This document shows, one piece after another, positions 55,016-64,000 of a stretch of DNA of 64,000 bases (position 1 is its first letter; each line of letters starts with the position of its first letter). The DNA comes from Rikenellaceae bacterium. GTDB lineage: Bacteria > Bacteroidota > Bacteroidia > Bacteroidales > Rikenellaceae. A program made the position numbers and the translations under genes. The notes under the pieces were generated by a model. That model saw only the letters and a program-made list of their open reading frames with translations, did not search any database and was not told where the DNA came from. Location of the stretch: positions 4,927 through 68,926 of the forward strand of contig JAGBFQ010000024.1 of the NCBI GenBank assembly GCA_017936385.1, read 5' to 3'.

Positions 55016-55741
55016 ATGACCACACAACAACGCGCCAAACGACGCAGACATCTTAACCCTAAACTCCGCCCCTATCTCTACGGCTTCCTGATTATCATGG
55101 CGGCCTACATCACCCATGGTGTAATCAAACGCCAAGCAGTCAAAGAGGATTTGGAGATGTTACATCGGGCACAAACTGCAACCATACACTATCAATACAA
55201 ATACTCGCGCATGTTCCGCGACCTTAACGATGTGCAACTCGAGTCGGCACGCAAGGTGGGTTTCGAACCACTCGCCACACGCGACAGCAAACCCTCGAAA
55301 CGCTACAAGACCCTCGAAAGTTGCGAACTCTACCAACTTGACCCGCTGAAATATTCGGTGCCTATTTTGGTTCCCGAGGCGGCCGAGCTATTGGAGGATA
55401 TCGGACGCGGTTTTGCCGATTCACTCGACCGTCGTTTCGGAATTAGAGGAGTGTGCCCCTTTGTGACAAGCGTCACGCGCACCGAAGAGGATGTCAAAAA
55501 ACTACGCCGCTCGGGCAACGTCAACGCCTCGAAGAACTCCTGTCACGTCTACGGCACAACGTTCGACATGGCCTACAACCGTTTTTATAAGCACACGGGA
55601 GTCACGGCAACCATCAAGTCGGCCATGATGAAACAGATGCTGGCCGAGGTGCTCAAGAATCTGCGTGACCAAGGACGTTGTCACGTCAAATACGAGTACA
55701 AACAAGCCTGTTTCCACATCACCGTCGCCGCACAAGAGTAA
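55016..55741 (+). CDS. membrane-anchored hypothetical protein, possibly LAS/VanY-type (M15-like) peptidase
   Basis: 241 aa. Basic N-terminus plus a TM helix. SCHVYGTTFDM resembles the S-x-H-x-x-G-x-x-x-D zinc-ligand motif of VanY-like enzymes. The product call is tentative. Confidence 0.5.
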   Translation: MTTQQRAKRRRHLNPKLRPYLYGFLIIMAAYITHGVIKRQAVKEDLEMLHRAQTATIHYQYKYSRMFRDLNDVQLESARKVGFEPLATRDSKPSKRYKTLESCELYQLDPLKYSVPILVPEAAELLEDIGRGFADSLDRRFGIRGVCPFVTSVTRTEEDVKKLRRSGNVNASKNSCHVYGTTFDMAYNRFYKHTGVTATIKSAMMKQMLAEVLKNLRDQGRCHVKYEYKQACFHITVAAQE

Positions 55742-55767
55742 AAAATCAAACCCACCTATAAAACTAA

Positions 55768-55806
55768 AGCGTGTGTCCTTTTCGCTTAAGGACACACGCT
55801 TTTTTA
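55768..55806. terminator. bidirectional rho-independent terminator
   Basis: AGCGTGTGTCCTT-TTCGCTT-AAGGACACACGCT hairpin followed by TTTTTT, between convergent genes. Confidence 0.85.
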
Positions 55807-55828
55807 ATTATGAATCGCAAATTGTGAA

Positions 55829-57106
55829 TTACTTATTCAGTTGCGCCTCGTAGGTCTTGTCCGACATGTCGGGCATAGGCTTTTGGTACTCTCCGGCAAG
55901 CAGTTTCTCGCGGATTTTGCTGAAGCAATCCAGCGTATAGTTCACATCCTCCAGCGTATGAACCGCCGTGGGGATAATACGCAGAATAATCTCGCCCTTC
56001 GGAATTACGGGGTAAACAACCACCGAGCAGAACAACGAGTAGTTTTCGCGCAAGTCAACAACCAAGTTGGTTGCCTCCTCGACACCACCCTTCATATAGA
56101 CGGGAGTCACAGGCGACAGCGTACCGCCAATATCGAAACCACGCTCGCGGAAACCGCCTTGCAGTGCACGGGTAATCTCCCAAAGTTTCTCTTGATACTC
56201 AGGGTGTTTGCGAATCAAATCCAGACGCTTCAGAGCACCAATCACCATAGGCATGGGAAGACTCTTGGCGTAGGTTTGCGAACGCATGTTATAGCTGAAA
56301 AGGTCAACCAGCCACTTGTGCGAAGCAACGAAAGCACCGATACCTGCCATCGATTTTGCAAAAGTATTGAACAACACGTCAACGCCATCCACAACACCAA
56401 AGTGAGCAGCCGTACCCTTACCACCGGGACCCATGGTACCGAAACCATGAGCGTCGTCCACCAACAGACGGAAACTGAACTCGCTCTTCAGTGCAACAAT
56501 CTCGTCGAGTTTACCCAAGTCACCCTTCATACCGAATACGCCCTCGGTAATCACCAAAATACCGCCACCATTAGCCTCAGCTACGGCAGTTGCGTGACCG
56601 AGTTGTTTGCGCAGGCTGGCCATATCGTTGTGACCGAACACAAATCGTTTGCCTTTATGCATACGCAATCCGTCGATGATACAAGCGTGCGCCTCGGCGT
56701 CATAGACCACCACATCGCGGGGAGTCAACAGACAGTCGATAATCGACACCATACCCTGATAACCGTAGTTCAGCAGGAAGGCATCCTCCTTACCCACGAA
56801 TGCTGCCAGCTCACGCTCCAACTGCTCGTGATACTTGGTTTGACCACTCATCATACGGGCACCCATAGGGGCTGCCATACCAAATTGTGCCGCACCTTCG
56901 GCGTCGGCTTTACGTACTTCGGGGTGGTTGGCCAGACCGAGGTAGTTATTCAAGCTCCAGTTAAGCACCGGTTTGCCGCGAAAGGTCATGTGAGGAGCGA
57001 TGTCGCCTTCGAGCTTAGGGAAGGCAAAATAGCCATGAGCATACTGCATATACTGACCGATGGGGCCGCCTGCATTCTTCTTCAATCTTTCAAGAATATC
57101 AACCAT
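55829..57106 (-). CDS. PLP-dependent alpha-oxoamine synthase (8-amino-7-oxononanoate synthase / serine palmitoyltransferase-like)
   Basis: 425 aa. Motifs NNYLGLANHPEV and DDAHGFG, with the PLP-lysine context NTFAKSMAGIGAF. Substrate cannot be assigned from sequence alone. Confidence 0.85.
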   Translation of the reverse strand: MVDILERLKKNAGGPIGQYMQYAHGYFAFPKLEGDIAPHMTFRGKPVLNWSLNNYLGLANHPEVRKADAEGAAQFGMAAPMGARMMSGQTKYHEQLERELAAFVGKEDAFLLNYGYQGMVSIIDCLLTPRDVVVYDAEAHACIIDGLRMHKGKRFVFGHNDMASLRKQLGHATAVAEANGGGILVITEGVFGMKGDLGKLDEIVALKSEFSFRLLVDDAHGFGTMGPGGKGTAAHFGVVDGVDVLFNTFAKSMAGIGAFVASHKWLVDLFSYNMRSQTYAKSLPMPMVIGALKRLDLIRKHPEYQEKLWEITRALQGGFRERGFDIGGTLSPVTPVYMKGGVEEATNLVVDLRENYSLFCSVVVYPVIPKGEIILRIIPTAVHTLEDVNYTLDCFSKIREKLLAGEYQKPMPDMSDKTYEAQLNK

Positions 57107-57343
57107 AAGATTTATGTTTGTTAATTATAAGTTTGAATGAATCGTAACAAAATATTCGGTGGCAAAATTACGTTTTTTTTGCCGAAACAGCCATCGGTTT
57201 GGCAGACTTTTTTCGGCCTTAGGGGGAAAAATAGGTATAAATATGTAGCGAAATATTTTTGTGATATTGTATTAATTTGTACATTTGCGTCGGTATTTGT
57301 GCCCGCTTATGAACGGACGCAGATAACAATGTGGTTATTCGAA

Positions 57344-58414
57344 ATGAAAAGAACGTCGAACATACTGAGATTGATTGCTGCCATGACCATCGCTATTGTG
57401 GCCTTAACTATGCCACAGCAGTGTCTGGCCGCAGGAAAACGCAAAGTCAAGGTCATCAGCGAAGAGCAGGCCACAAAGCCGCTGAGCTACAACAAACTGC
57501 TCAAAAGCCACGACTACGAAACTATGTACGACCGCGCCTTGGAGTACTTCAACTTCCGCAAAAAGAACCGTAAAGGCGAGATGGTCAACACCTATAACAA
57601 CTACGTCAAAACGGCAGCTCTGTTGGAGCGAGCCACTCCCCGTTTCGGAGGTACCGAACGTGAGGACTCGGTGGCTTACTACTTGGCGACGTCGTACTAC
57701 AAACAGGGCGACTTCCTGACCAGCGCCTACATGTTCGACAACTTCCGTAAGCGTTTCCCGCGAAGCGTGTTCATCGAGGATGTGACCTACATGTATGCAC
57801 TGAGCTACTACTATGCATCGCCTGCTCCCGAGTACGACCAAACCACCACTTTGCAAGCCATGGTGGCGATTCATGAGTACCTGGAGAGATACCCGGCAAG
57901 CAAAGAGCGCCAGGGGCTGAACGACAAACTTGATGAGTTGCAACAAAAACTCTACGACAAGAGCTACATGAACGCCCGCGTGTACTACAAAATCGGCGAG
58001 TATAAGGCGGCCGTTACGGCTATCAGTAATGCCATCGACAAATATCCCAAGTCGAACCACCGCGAGGAGTTACTCTACTTGGTTACGCGTTCGCAGTACA
58101 ACTTGGCCCGCAACTCGGTGGATTCGAAAAAGACCGACCGCTACCTCGACGTCATGGACCGCTGTTATAGTTTCTTGGGCGAGTACCCCGAGTCAAAGTA
58201 CGCCAAAGAGAGTAACAAAATGCTCAGCGAGGCCAAGGAGTTCATCGCCGAACAGAAACTCGACCGCTCGACCGAAATTGTGGTTAAGGAGAACGAGAAC
58301 CGTTTCTTGCAGCAAGCCGCCCAAGCCAGTGAGGAGTTGAAAGCTGCGCAAGAGGAACAGCAGAAGCAGAAAGATGCACGCAAACAGGCGCGTAAAGAGA
58401 AAAAACAGAAATAA
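57344..58414 (+). CDS. bamD: BamD-like TPR outer-membrane assembly lipoprotein
   Basis: 356 aa from the internal Met (MKRTSNILRLIAAM...). Signal peptide, TPR-like helical repeats and a K/E/Q-rich tail. The gene order bamD, omega-like, coaBC, recN supports the call. Confidence 0.7.
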   Translation: MKRTSNILRLIAAMTIAIVALTMPQQCLAAGKRKVKVISEEQATKPLSYNKLLKSHDYETMYDRALEYFNFRKKNRKGEMVNTYNNYVKTAALLERATPRFGGTEREDSVAYYLATSYYKQGDFLTSAYMFDNFRKRFPRSVFIEDVTYMYALSYYYASPAPEYDQTTTLQAMVAIHEYLERYPASKERQGLNDKLDELQQKLYDKSYMNARVYYKIGEYKAAVTAISNAIDKYPKSNHREELLYLVTRSQYNLARNSVDSKKTDRYLDVMDRCYSFLGEYPESKYAKESNKMLSEAKEFIAEQKLDRSTEIVVKENENRFLQQAAQASEELKAAQEEQQKQKDARKQARKEKKQK

Positions 58415-58447
58415 GATAAGAATTAAATAATAAAAACCTATATAGTC

Positions 58448-58816
58448 ATGGATATCAAAAAGAATATTCCCAACAACACCGTATCGCGCAAATTGGACGC
58501 TCTGGATGCACCTACCGGCAACATCTACGAATCGGTTGCCATCATCGCCAAACGCGCCAACCAAATCTCGACCGACATCAAAAAAGAGTTGATGCGTAAA
58601 TTGGACGACTTCTCGTCGTCGACCGACTCGTTGGAGGAGACCTTCGAGAACCGCGAGCAAATCGAAATTTCGCGCTACTACGAGCGCCTGCCCAAACCCG
58701 CCATCATCGCAACCGAGGAGTTCTTGGATGACGAGGTTTACTTCCGCGAGGGCGGCGAGGCCGGCAAGAAAAAGGCTCAAGCCACTCGTGAGGCTGCCGC
58801 AGCTACTCAAGAGTAG
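58448..58816 (+). CDS. rpoZ: RNA polymerase omega subunit-like protein
   Basis: 122 aa. NIYESVAIIAKRANQIS matches the omega N-terminal helix motif. Confidence 0.6.
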   Translation: MDIKKNIPNNTVSRKLDALDAPTGNIYESVAIIAKRANQISTDIKKELMRKLDDFSSSTDSLEETFENREQIEISRYYERLPKPAIIATEEFLDDEVYFREGGEAGKKKAQATREAAAATQE

Positions 58817-58822
58817 TTTGTT

Positions 58823-60019
58823 ATGCTGAAGGGCAAACATATAATAATAGGTATTACGGGAGGCATCGCCGCTTATAAGGCGGCGGTGCTTGTTCGTTTA
58901 TTGGTGCGCGAGGGTGCCGAGGTGCAGGTACTGATGACTCGGGCGGCCAAAGAGTTTATCACCCCGCTGACGATGGCTACGTTGTCGAAACGTCCCATCT
59001 TGGTAGAGAATTTTAATCCTGAGAACGGCGCGTGGAACAGCCATATCGACTTGGGATGCTGGGCCGATGCAATGGTTATAGCCCCCGCAACAGCCAACAC
59101 GCTGGCTAAAATGGCTTGCGGAATAGGTGACTCGCTGTTGCTTACTACTTATCTTTCGGCTCGTTGCCCCATAGCAGTGGCTCCTGCAATGGACCTCGAT
59201 ATGATGGCTCACCAAGCGACACAACAGAATCTCGATACGCTCAAACAACGAGGCGTGATGATTATCGAAGCCGAGTCGGGAGAATTGGCAAGTGGCTTGA
59301 GCGGCAAGGGACGCATGGCAGAACCGGAGGTTATTGTGGAGAGTATCCGTCAGTTGCTGGGACGCAAACAGACTTTGGCCGGACGACGCGCCATGGTGAC
59401 CGCAGGTGCTACGATGGAGGCCATTGACCCGGTGCGTTACATAACCAACCACTCGACCGGCAAGATGGGTTATGCCATTGCCGCTGAATTGGCTGCGAGA
59501 GGTGCCGAAGTCAGACTTGTGAGCGGACGCACACAACTGCCATGCCCGAAAGGTGTGGAACGTGTGGATGTTGTGAGTGCCGAAGATATGTTCCGTGCGT
59601 GTTGTGCGGAGTGGGACGGTGCCGACATCGGTGTTATGTGCGCTGCGGTTGCTGACTACACCCCCGAGCAGGTAAGCCCGACCAAAATCAAAAAAAGTGA
59701 CGACGATATGTGCATCCGCCTGCGTCGCACACCAGACATTGCAGCCGAACTCGGACGACGCAAAGAGGGTCGTGTATTGGTGGGTTTTGCACTCGAGACC
59801 GATAACGAGCAGGTAAACGCCCAACAAAAGCTGGAGCGCAAGAATTTGGACTTTGTGGTATTGAACTCATTGCGTGACAAGGGAGCATGCTTTGGAGGCG
59901 ACACCAACAAGGTTTGTCTGATAGACCGTCAAGGCGAACAATCTTTCCCGCTTGAGAGCAAGGCTCGTGTGGCAGAACGTATCGTCGACAAAATCGAAGA
60001 AATACTCAAAACGAAGTAG
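58823..60019 (+). CDS. coaBC: bifunctional phosphopantothenoylcysteine decarboxylase / phosphopantothenate-cysteine ligase
   Basis: 398 aa. Flavoprotein N-domain (IIIGITGGIAAYK) and DFP C-domain (TAGATMEAIDPVRYITNHSTGKMG). Confidence 0.95.
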   Translation: MLKGKHIIIGITGGIAAYKAAVLVRLLVREGAEVQVLMTRAAKEFITPLTMATLSKRPILVENFNPENGAWNSHIDLGCWADAMVIAPATANTLAKMACGIGDSLLLTTYLSARCPIAVAPAMDLDMMAHQATQQNLDTLKQRGVMIIEAESGELASGLSGKGRMAEPEVIVESIRQLLGRKQTLAGRRAMVTAGATMEAIDPVRYITNHSTGKMGYAIAAELAARGAEVRLVSGRTQLPCPKGVERVDVVSAEDMFRACCAEWDGADIGVMCAAVADYTPEQVSPTKIKKSDDDMCIRLRRTPDIAAELGRRKEGRVLVGFALETDNEQVNAQQKLERKNLDFVVLNSLRDKGACFGGDTNKVCLIDRQGEQSFPLESKARVAERIVDKIEEILKTK

Positions 60020-60038
60020 ATTCACACACCGAACCACT

Positions 60039-61682
60039 ATGTTACAACTCCTGAAGGTCGAAAATTACGCTCTTATCGAGAGCCTCGAAATCGACTTCGC
60101 ACGCGGACTGAACATCATCACGGGCGAAACCGGTGCCGGTAAATCCATTTTGCTCGGCGCCTTGGGATTGCTGTTGGGTGGCAAGAACGAGAGCGGAGCA
60201 CAGAGAGATGCCAGCCGAAATTGTATGGTTGAAGGTGTTTTTGAGATGGACCGCTCGGCCTTCGAAGGGTGGATGGAAGAGAACGACCTCGAGTGGGAAC
60301 CGCAAGTCTCCATCCGTCGTGTGATTACACCCTCGGGCAAGAGCCGTGCATTCATTGGAGATATGCCGGTGCAGTTGAGCTTGTTGCGCGAGTTGGGCGA
60401 ACGACTCATTGACATCCACTCACAACACCGCAATTTGTTGATTAAGGACGACTCGTTCAGATTGGACATCGTGGACGGCGTTGCAGGTCAACAGGAGTTG
60501 GTGGCGAGCTATGCCGAGGAATACACACGTTTGGGAAATTTGCGCCGCGAGCTGAGCCAAATGCAACGCGAGGTGGAGGCCGAACGCAAACAATATGACT
60601 ACATTTCGTTCCAATACGAAGAGTTGAAGGCTGCCCAACTGCGCCCGGGTGAACAACAAGAGTTGGAGGAGGAGTATGCAATGCTCTCTAATGCCGACCG
60701 AATCGGAGAGGCCGTGGGAGGTGCTTTAGCGTCATTGGACGAGGAGCAAACGGGTGTTTTGGTGAGAGCCAAGACGATGGCTACGGAACTTGGCAAGGTG
60801 GCTGATATTTTTCCGCGCACGGCACCGTTGGCCGAGAGATTACAAAGTGTCTACGTGGAGTTGCGCGATATTGCCGCCGAGTTGGGCGATATGATTGACG
60901 GTGTGGGTGCCGACGACGCGCGTTTGGAGAACGTGGGAGCAAGAATAAACACACTCTACGACCTGCAACAGAAACATCGCGTGGGTAGTGTCGAGGAGTT
61001 GATTGAACTCCGCGAGGAGTACCACAAACGTCTGGAGGCAATGGATATGTCGAGCGAAAACTCGGCACGTATGGAGCAAGAGATTGCCCAAACGGAGAGT
61101 CGTTGCACGCAGTTGGCCGAACGCATCACTGCGGGACGACGTAAGGCTGCCCCCACGATTTCGAAGAGCGTGGTTGGGATGTTGACAAAACTTGGAATCG
61201 AGAGCGCTGTGTTCGAGGTTTCTGTTGAGCCTACGGGTGAGTTGTGTGCCAGCGGTGGTGACAGCGTAGAGTTCCTATTCAGCGCCAACAAAGGTATGGC
61301 CCCGCGCAGTATCGACCGCATCGCGTCGGGAGGTGAGATTTCGCGCGTAATGCTGGCTCTCAAGGCACTGATGGCCAGCCGCGCAGGTTTGCCGACCATC
61401 ATTTTTGATGAAATTGACACGGGAGTGTCGGGTCGTGTGGCAGACGAGGTTGGTGAAATTGTGGCCGAGATGGGTCATACGATGCAGGTTATCAATATCA
61501 CACACCTACCGCAGGTTGCCGCCAAAGGTGACAACCATCTGTTGGTCTACAAGTCGGAGGGTGCAACGCATATTCGCAAACTCTCGGCCGAGGAGCGCGT
61601 AGAACATATCGCGGCCATGTTGAGCGGTTCAACCGTCACCGAGGCAGCCGTGGCACAAGCACGCCAGCTACTCGGCAAATAA
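60039..61682 (+). CDS. recN: DNA repair protein RecN
   Basis: 547 aa from the internal Met (MLQLLKVENYALIE). Walker A GETGAGKSIL, a long coiled coil, signature SGGEISRVMLALK and Walker B IIFDEIDTGVSG. Confidence 0.95.
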   Translation: MLQLLKVENYALIESLEIDFARGLNIITGETGAGKSILLGALGLLLGGKNESGAQRDASRNCMVEGVFEMDRSAFEGWMEENDLEWEPQVSIRRVITPSGKSRAFIGDMPVQLSLLRELGERLIDIHSQHRNLLIKDDSFRLDIVDGVAGQQELVASYAEEYTRLGNLRRELSQMQREVEAERKQYDYISFQYEELKAAQLRPGEQQELEEEYAMLSNADRIGEAVGGALASLDEEQTGVLVRAKTMATELGKVADIFPRTAPLAERLQSVYVELRDIAAELGDMIDGVGADDARLENVGARINTLYDLQQKHRVGSVEELIELREEYHKRLEAMDMSSENSARMEQEIAQTESRCTQLAERITAGRRKAAPTISKSVVGMLTKLGIESAVFEVSVEPTGELCASGGDSVEFLFSANKGMAPRSIDRIASGGEISRVMLALKALMASRAGLPTIIFDEIDTGVSGRVADEVGEIVAEMGHTMQVINITHLPQVAAKGDNHLLVYKSEGATHIRKLSAEERVEHIAAMLSGSTVTEAAVAQARQLLGK

Positions 61683-61699
61683 CTCATAATCAGACGTCT

Positions 61700-62827
61700 A
61701 TGAAAATTGGAGGTATTATAGGTATGCTTGTAAGTTTTTTGATACTTGTGGGCGGATTGATTGTGTACATAGGTCGCCGCACGGCGTGGGCTTTGGAGTG
61801 CCGAGAGTGGATTCCGATTGTGGTCTACGCTCTGATGATGGGTGCTATCATGGGATTGATGGCCTTCTCGATGAGCGGAAGGGACGACAGCCCGTGGGCA
61901 CACGCCGCAGTGGTGACGGCCAATGTGGGTATTGGCATACTGATGATGCTGGTACTGTCGACCGTGGCCATGGACCTGACAAGAGTGATATTCAAGATGT
62001 CGCCTACGATATTTGGCGCGGGCGTCGGTATGCTAACCCTTACGATGAGCGCCTATGCACTCATTAACGCCGCGATACCGAGGATTAAACCCGTCGAAAC
62101 CGAACTGCGTGGATTGAGCCGCACGGTGCAAATTGTACAACTAAGCGACATACACTTGGGACACTTCAGAGGAGAGCGGCACCTGCAAGGGATTGTAAAC
62201 AAGGTGTTGAGTACCGACGCCGAAGCGGTGGTTATCACGGGCGACCTGTTCGACAGCAGCTACAACTACTCGGGCCAAACACTCAACCCGTTCAGACAAT
62301 TGACCGAGCGCATGCCTGTATGGTTTGTCGACGGCAACCACGACATCTACACCGATGACCGTGGCATCAAACAAGCACTCCGCGAACGTGGCGTGCAAGT
62401 GTTGGAGAACAGCTGCGAAGAGTTTAACGACAGCGGGTTGCAGATTATCGGACTCAACTACATGGCGGGCGAGGCCAACTCTTTCATGCACTCAACACCG
62501 CGCCCGGGAACAACCATTGAAGAAGTATTACCAGGCATCGAGTACGACCGCGAGCGCCCCACCCTACTACTACACCACAATCCCGTGGGTGTGCAGGCAG
62601 CTGAAGCCGAGGGCATAGACCTCTATTTGGCGGGGCATACCCATGGCGGTCAGCTGTTCCCCGTAACACTGATTAATGACGTGATGTTCGGCTACAACCG
62701 AGGTCGTTACCACGTAGGTGAGATGCAGATATACGTTTCGGAGGGTTCGGGAACGTTTGCCATGCCGATGCGCCTTGGAACTCACAGCGAAATCACCCTG
62801 CACACGTTGCGCCCCAAGGCGAAATAG
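61700..62827 (+). CDS. membrane-bound metallophosphoesterase (calcineurin-like)
   Basis: 375 aa. N-terminal TM helices, then LSDIHLG, GDLFD, GNHD and GHTHGGQ. Confidence 0.85.
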   Translation: MKIGGIIGMLVSFLILVGGLIVYIGRRTAWALECREWIPIVVYALMMGAIMGLMAFSMSGRDDSPWAHAAVVTANVGIGILMMLVLSTVAMDLTRVIFKMSPTIFGAGVGMLTLTMSAYALINAAIPRIKPVETELRGLSRTVQIVQLSDIHLGHFRGERHLQGIVNKVLSTDAEAVVITGDLFDSSYNYSGQTLNPFRQLTERMPVWFVDGNHDIYTDDRGIKQALRERGVQVLENSCEEFNDSGLQIIGLNYMAGEANSFMHSTPRPGTTIEEVLPGIEYDRERPTLLLHHNPVGVQAAEAEGIDLYLAGHTHGGQLFPVTLINDVMFGYNRGRYHVGEMQIYVSEGSGTFAMPMRLGTHSEITLHTLRPKAK

Positions 62828-62921
62828 CGGAAGAGAGCTGTTTTTTTTTGTAGCACCAAGGGCAAAACGATACGTTTTTTGCAAAATTATCTGTAACTTT
62901 GGGATTCAAGAATCAACGACC

Positions 62922-63869
62922 ATGGTAATAAAAGTTCTGCTCATAATAGCCATCACGCTGCTACTCATCGCAAGCATCGGAGGCATTTCGCTCATCAAAG
63001 AGACCAAATTCAACGTTGTGTGGATTATGGTCGTAATAGCACTGCTCTCACTTGCAGGCCTGGCCGTACTGCGCTACATACTCTCGGTACGCATTGTGTC
63101 CGAGGTTCACTCCCCGGGGCTGGCTCTGGCAAGCACGTGGCTGACTCTGGCCGTGTCGGTGTGTCTGTGCATTGGTGTCTACTACGCACGCAAACTTGTG
63201 ATGTACATCGACCGCATCAACTTTCAAAAACAACTGACCAACAAGCGAATCCTCTCAACCGTACTGCGCACCGAGGAGAAAGAGCGAATCCGCTTCTCCA
63301 AAGAGCTACACGACGGACTCGGGCCACTGTTGTCGTCGGCCAAGATGTCGCTGTCGGTGATTGACAAATCAAACCTCTCGGAGAGTGACGTCGAAATTCT
63401 GCGCGGCACAACCCAGGTTATAGAAGAGGCCGTGCGCTCGCTACGCGAAATATCGAACAACTTAAGTCCGCACGTACTCAACGAATTCGGACTCGGACGA
63501 GGTATCAGCAACTTCGTCACCAAGATAGCCACCATCAACAAGGTGGGCATCGACTACAAGTCAGGAATTGGCAGCCGACGTTTCGACACCGACATCGAGG
63601 TTATCCTCTACCGTGTGGTGTGCGAGCTTGTGGGCAACAGCCTGCGACACTCGGGTTGCACACGTATAGGCATTGCGCTCAACGCCACAAGCGACACTCT
63701 CACTATCGAATACAATGACAACGGACACGGATTCCGTCCCGAAGCCACCTACTCGGGAATGGGTCTGTCGAACATATCATCCCGAATCGGCTCGCTGAAC
63801 GGCTCGTTCGAACTCGAAAGCGCACCCGGACAAGGTATGAAAGCCCTAATCAGCGTCAAATTCAAATAA
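62922..63869 (+). CDS. sensor histidine kinase (HisKA_3 / NarL-partner type)
   Basis: 315 aa from the internal Met (MVIKVLLII). TM helices, H-box ERIRFSKELHDGLGPLL and HATPase GMGLSNISSRIGSLNG. Confidence 0.85.
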   Translation: MVIKVLLIIAITLLLIASIGGISLIKETKFNVVWIMVVIALLSLAGLAVLRYILSVRIVSEVHSPGLALASTWLTLAVSVCLCIGVYYARKLVMYIDRINFQKQLTNKRILSTVLRTEEKERIRFSKELHDGLGPLLSSAKMSLSVIDKSNLSESDVEILRGTTQVIEEAVRSLREISNNLSPHVLNEFGLGRGISNFVTKIATINKVGIDYKSGIGSRRFDTDIEVILYRVVCELVGNSLRHSGCTRIGIALNATSDTLTIEYNDNGHGFRPEATYSGMGLSNISSRIGSLNGSFELESAPGQGMKALISVKFK

Positions 63870-63872
63870 CGA

Positions 63873-64000
63873 ATGGAAACAACCAAGGAGATAAACGTAG
63901 CGGTGGTTGAGGACCACCAACTATTCCGCGAGGGATTGGTGCGCCTGCTGGATTTGCAACCCGGAATCAAGGTCAACATGCAGGCCGAAAACGGCGTCGA
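63873..64000 (+). CDS. response regulator (NarL/LuxR type), N-terminal fragment running off the window
   Basis: Hand translation METTKEINVAVVEDHQLFREGLVRLLDLQPGIKVNMQAENGV shows a receiver-domain start. It begins 4 nt after the kinase stop. Confidence 0.8.
   Translation, partial: METTKEINVAVVEDHQLFREGLVRLLDLQPGIKVNMQAENGV

Overview
This 64-kb window comes from a Bacteroidales-type chromosome. Markers are an LpxC-FabZ fusion, BatD/BatE, a UpxY-type NusG paralog, a 286-aa primary sigma factor and TAnnTTTG -7 boxes. About 0-15 kb and 32.7-64 kb are ordinary, GC-richer housekeeping DNA. The left flank holds purL (partial), aroK, parC, parE, plsC, fabD, recR, batE/batD, a class I fumarate hydratase and a LytTR two-component pair. 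The right flank holds lpxA, lpxC-fabZ, a CPA1 antiporter, meaB, a SulP permease, a MORN-GH25 muramidase, the hydF-hydG-hydE-[FeFe]-hydrogenase block, metK, htrA, rpoD, cobB, an SNF transporter, tRNA-Gln(UUG), an alpha-oxoamine synthase, bamD, an omega-like gene, coaBC, recN, a metallophosphoesterase and a NarL-type two-component pair (the regulator is cut by the window end). Between the flanks, about 15.0-32.7 kb is a visibly AT-rich island. It carries one tightly packed 16-gene minus-strand operon for a type VI secretion-like contractile apparatus. In transcription order the genes are: a UpxY-like antiterminator, ClpV, TssB, TssC, two divergent Hcp, a VgrG with a ~435-aa N-terminal extension, a DUF4280/PAAR-like cap with a tail, a Sec-signal M23 peptidase, TssG-like, TssK-like (apparently headless), TssE-like and TssF-like baseplate proteins, a 248-aa glycine-zipper membrane protein, a zinc-ribbon/FHA protein and an FHA-fused pseudokinase. 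I see no recognisable membrane complex (TssJLM or TssN-R), TssA, effector-immunity pair, integrase or transposase. Directly upstream of the operon, perfect 21-bp inverted repeats flank a 156-bp AT-rich segment. That segment carries a consensus Bacteroides promoter that currently points away from the operon. This is a candidate invertible (phase-variable) switch captured in the OFF orientation. No rRNA, CRISPR array or transposable element was seen. All family assignments rest on motif recognition by eye; no searches were run.
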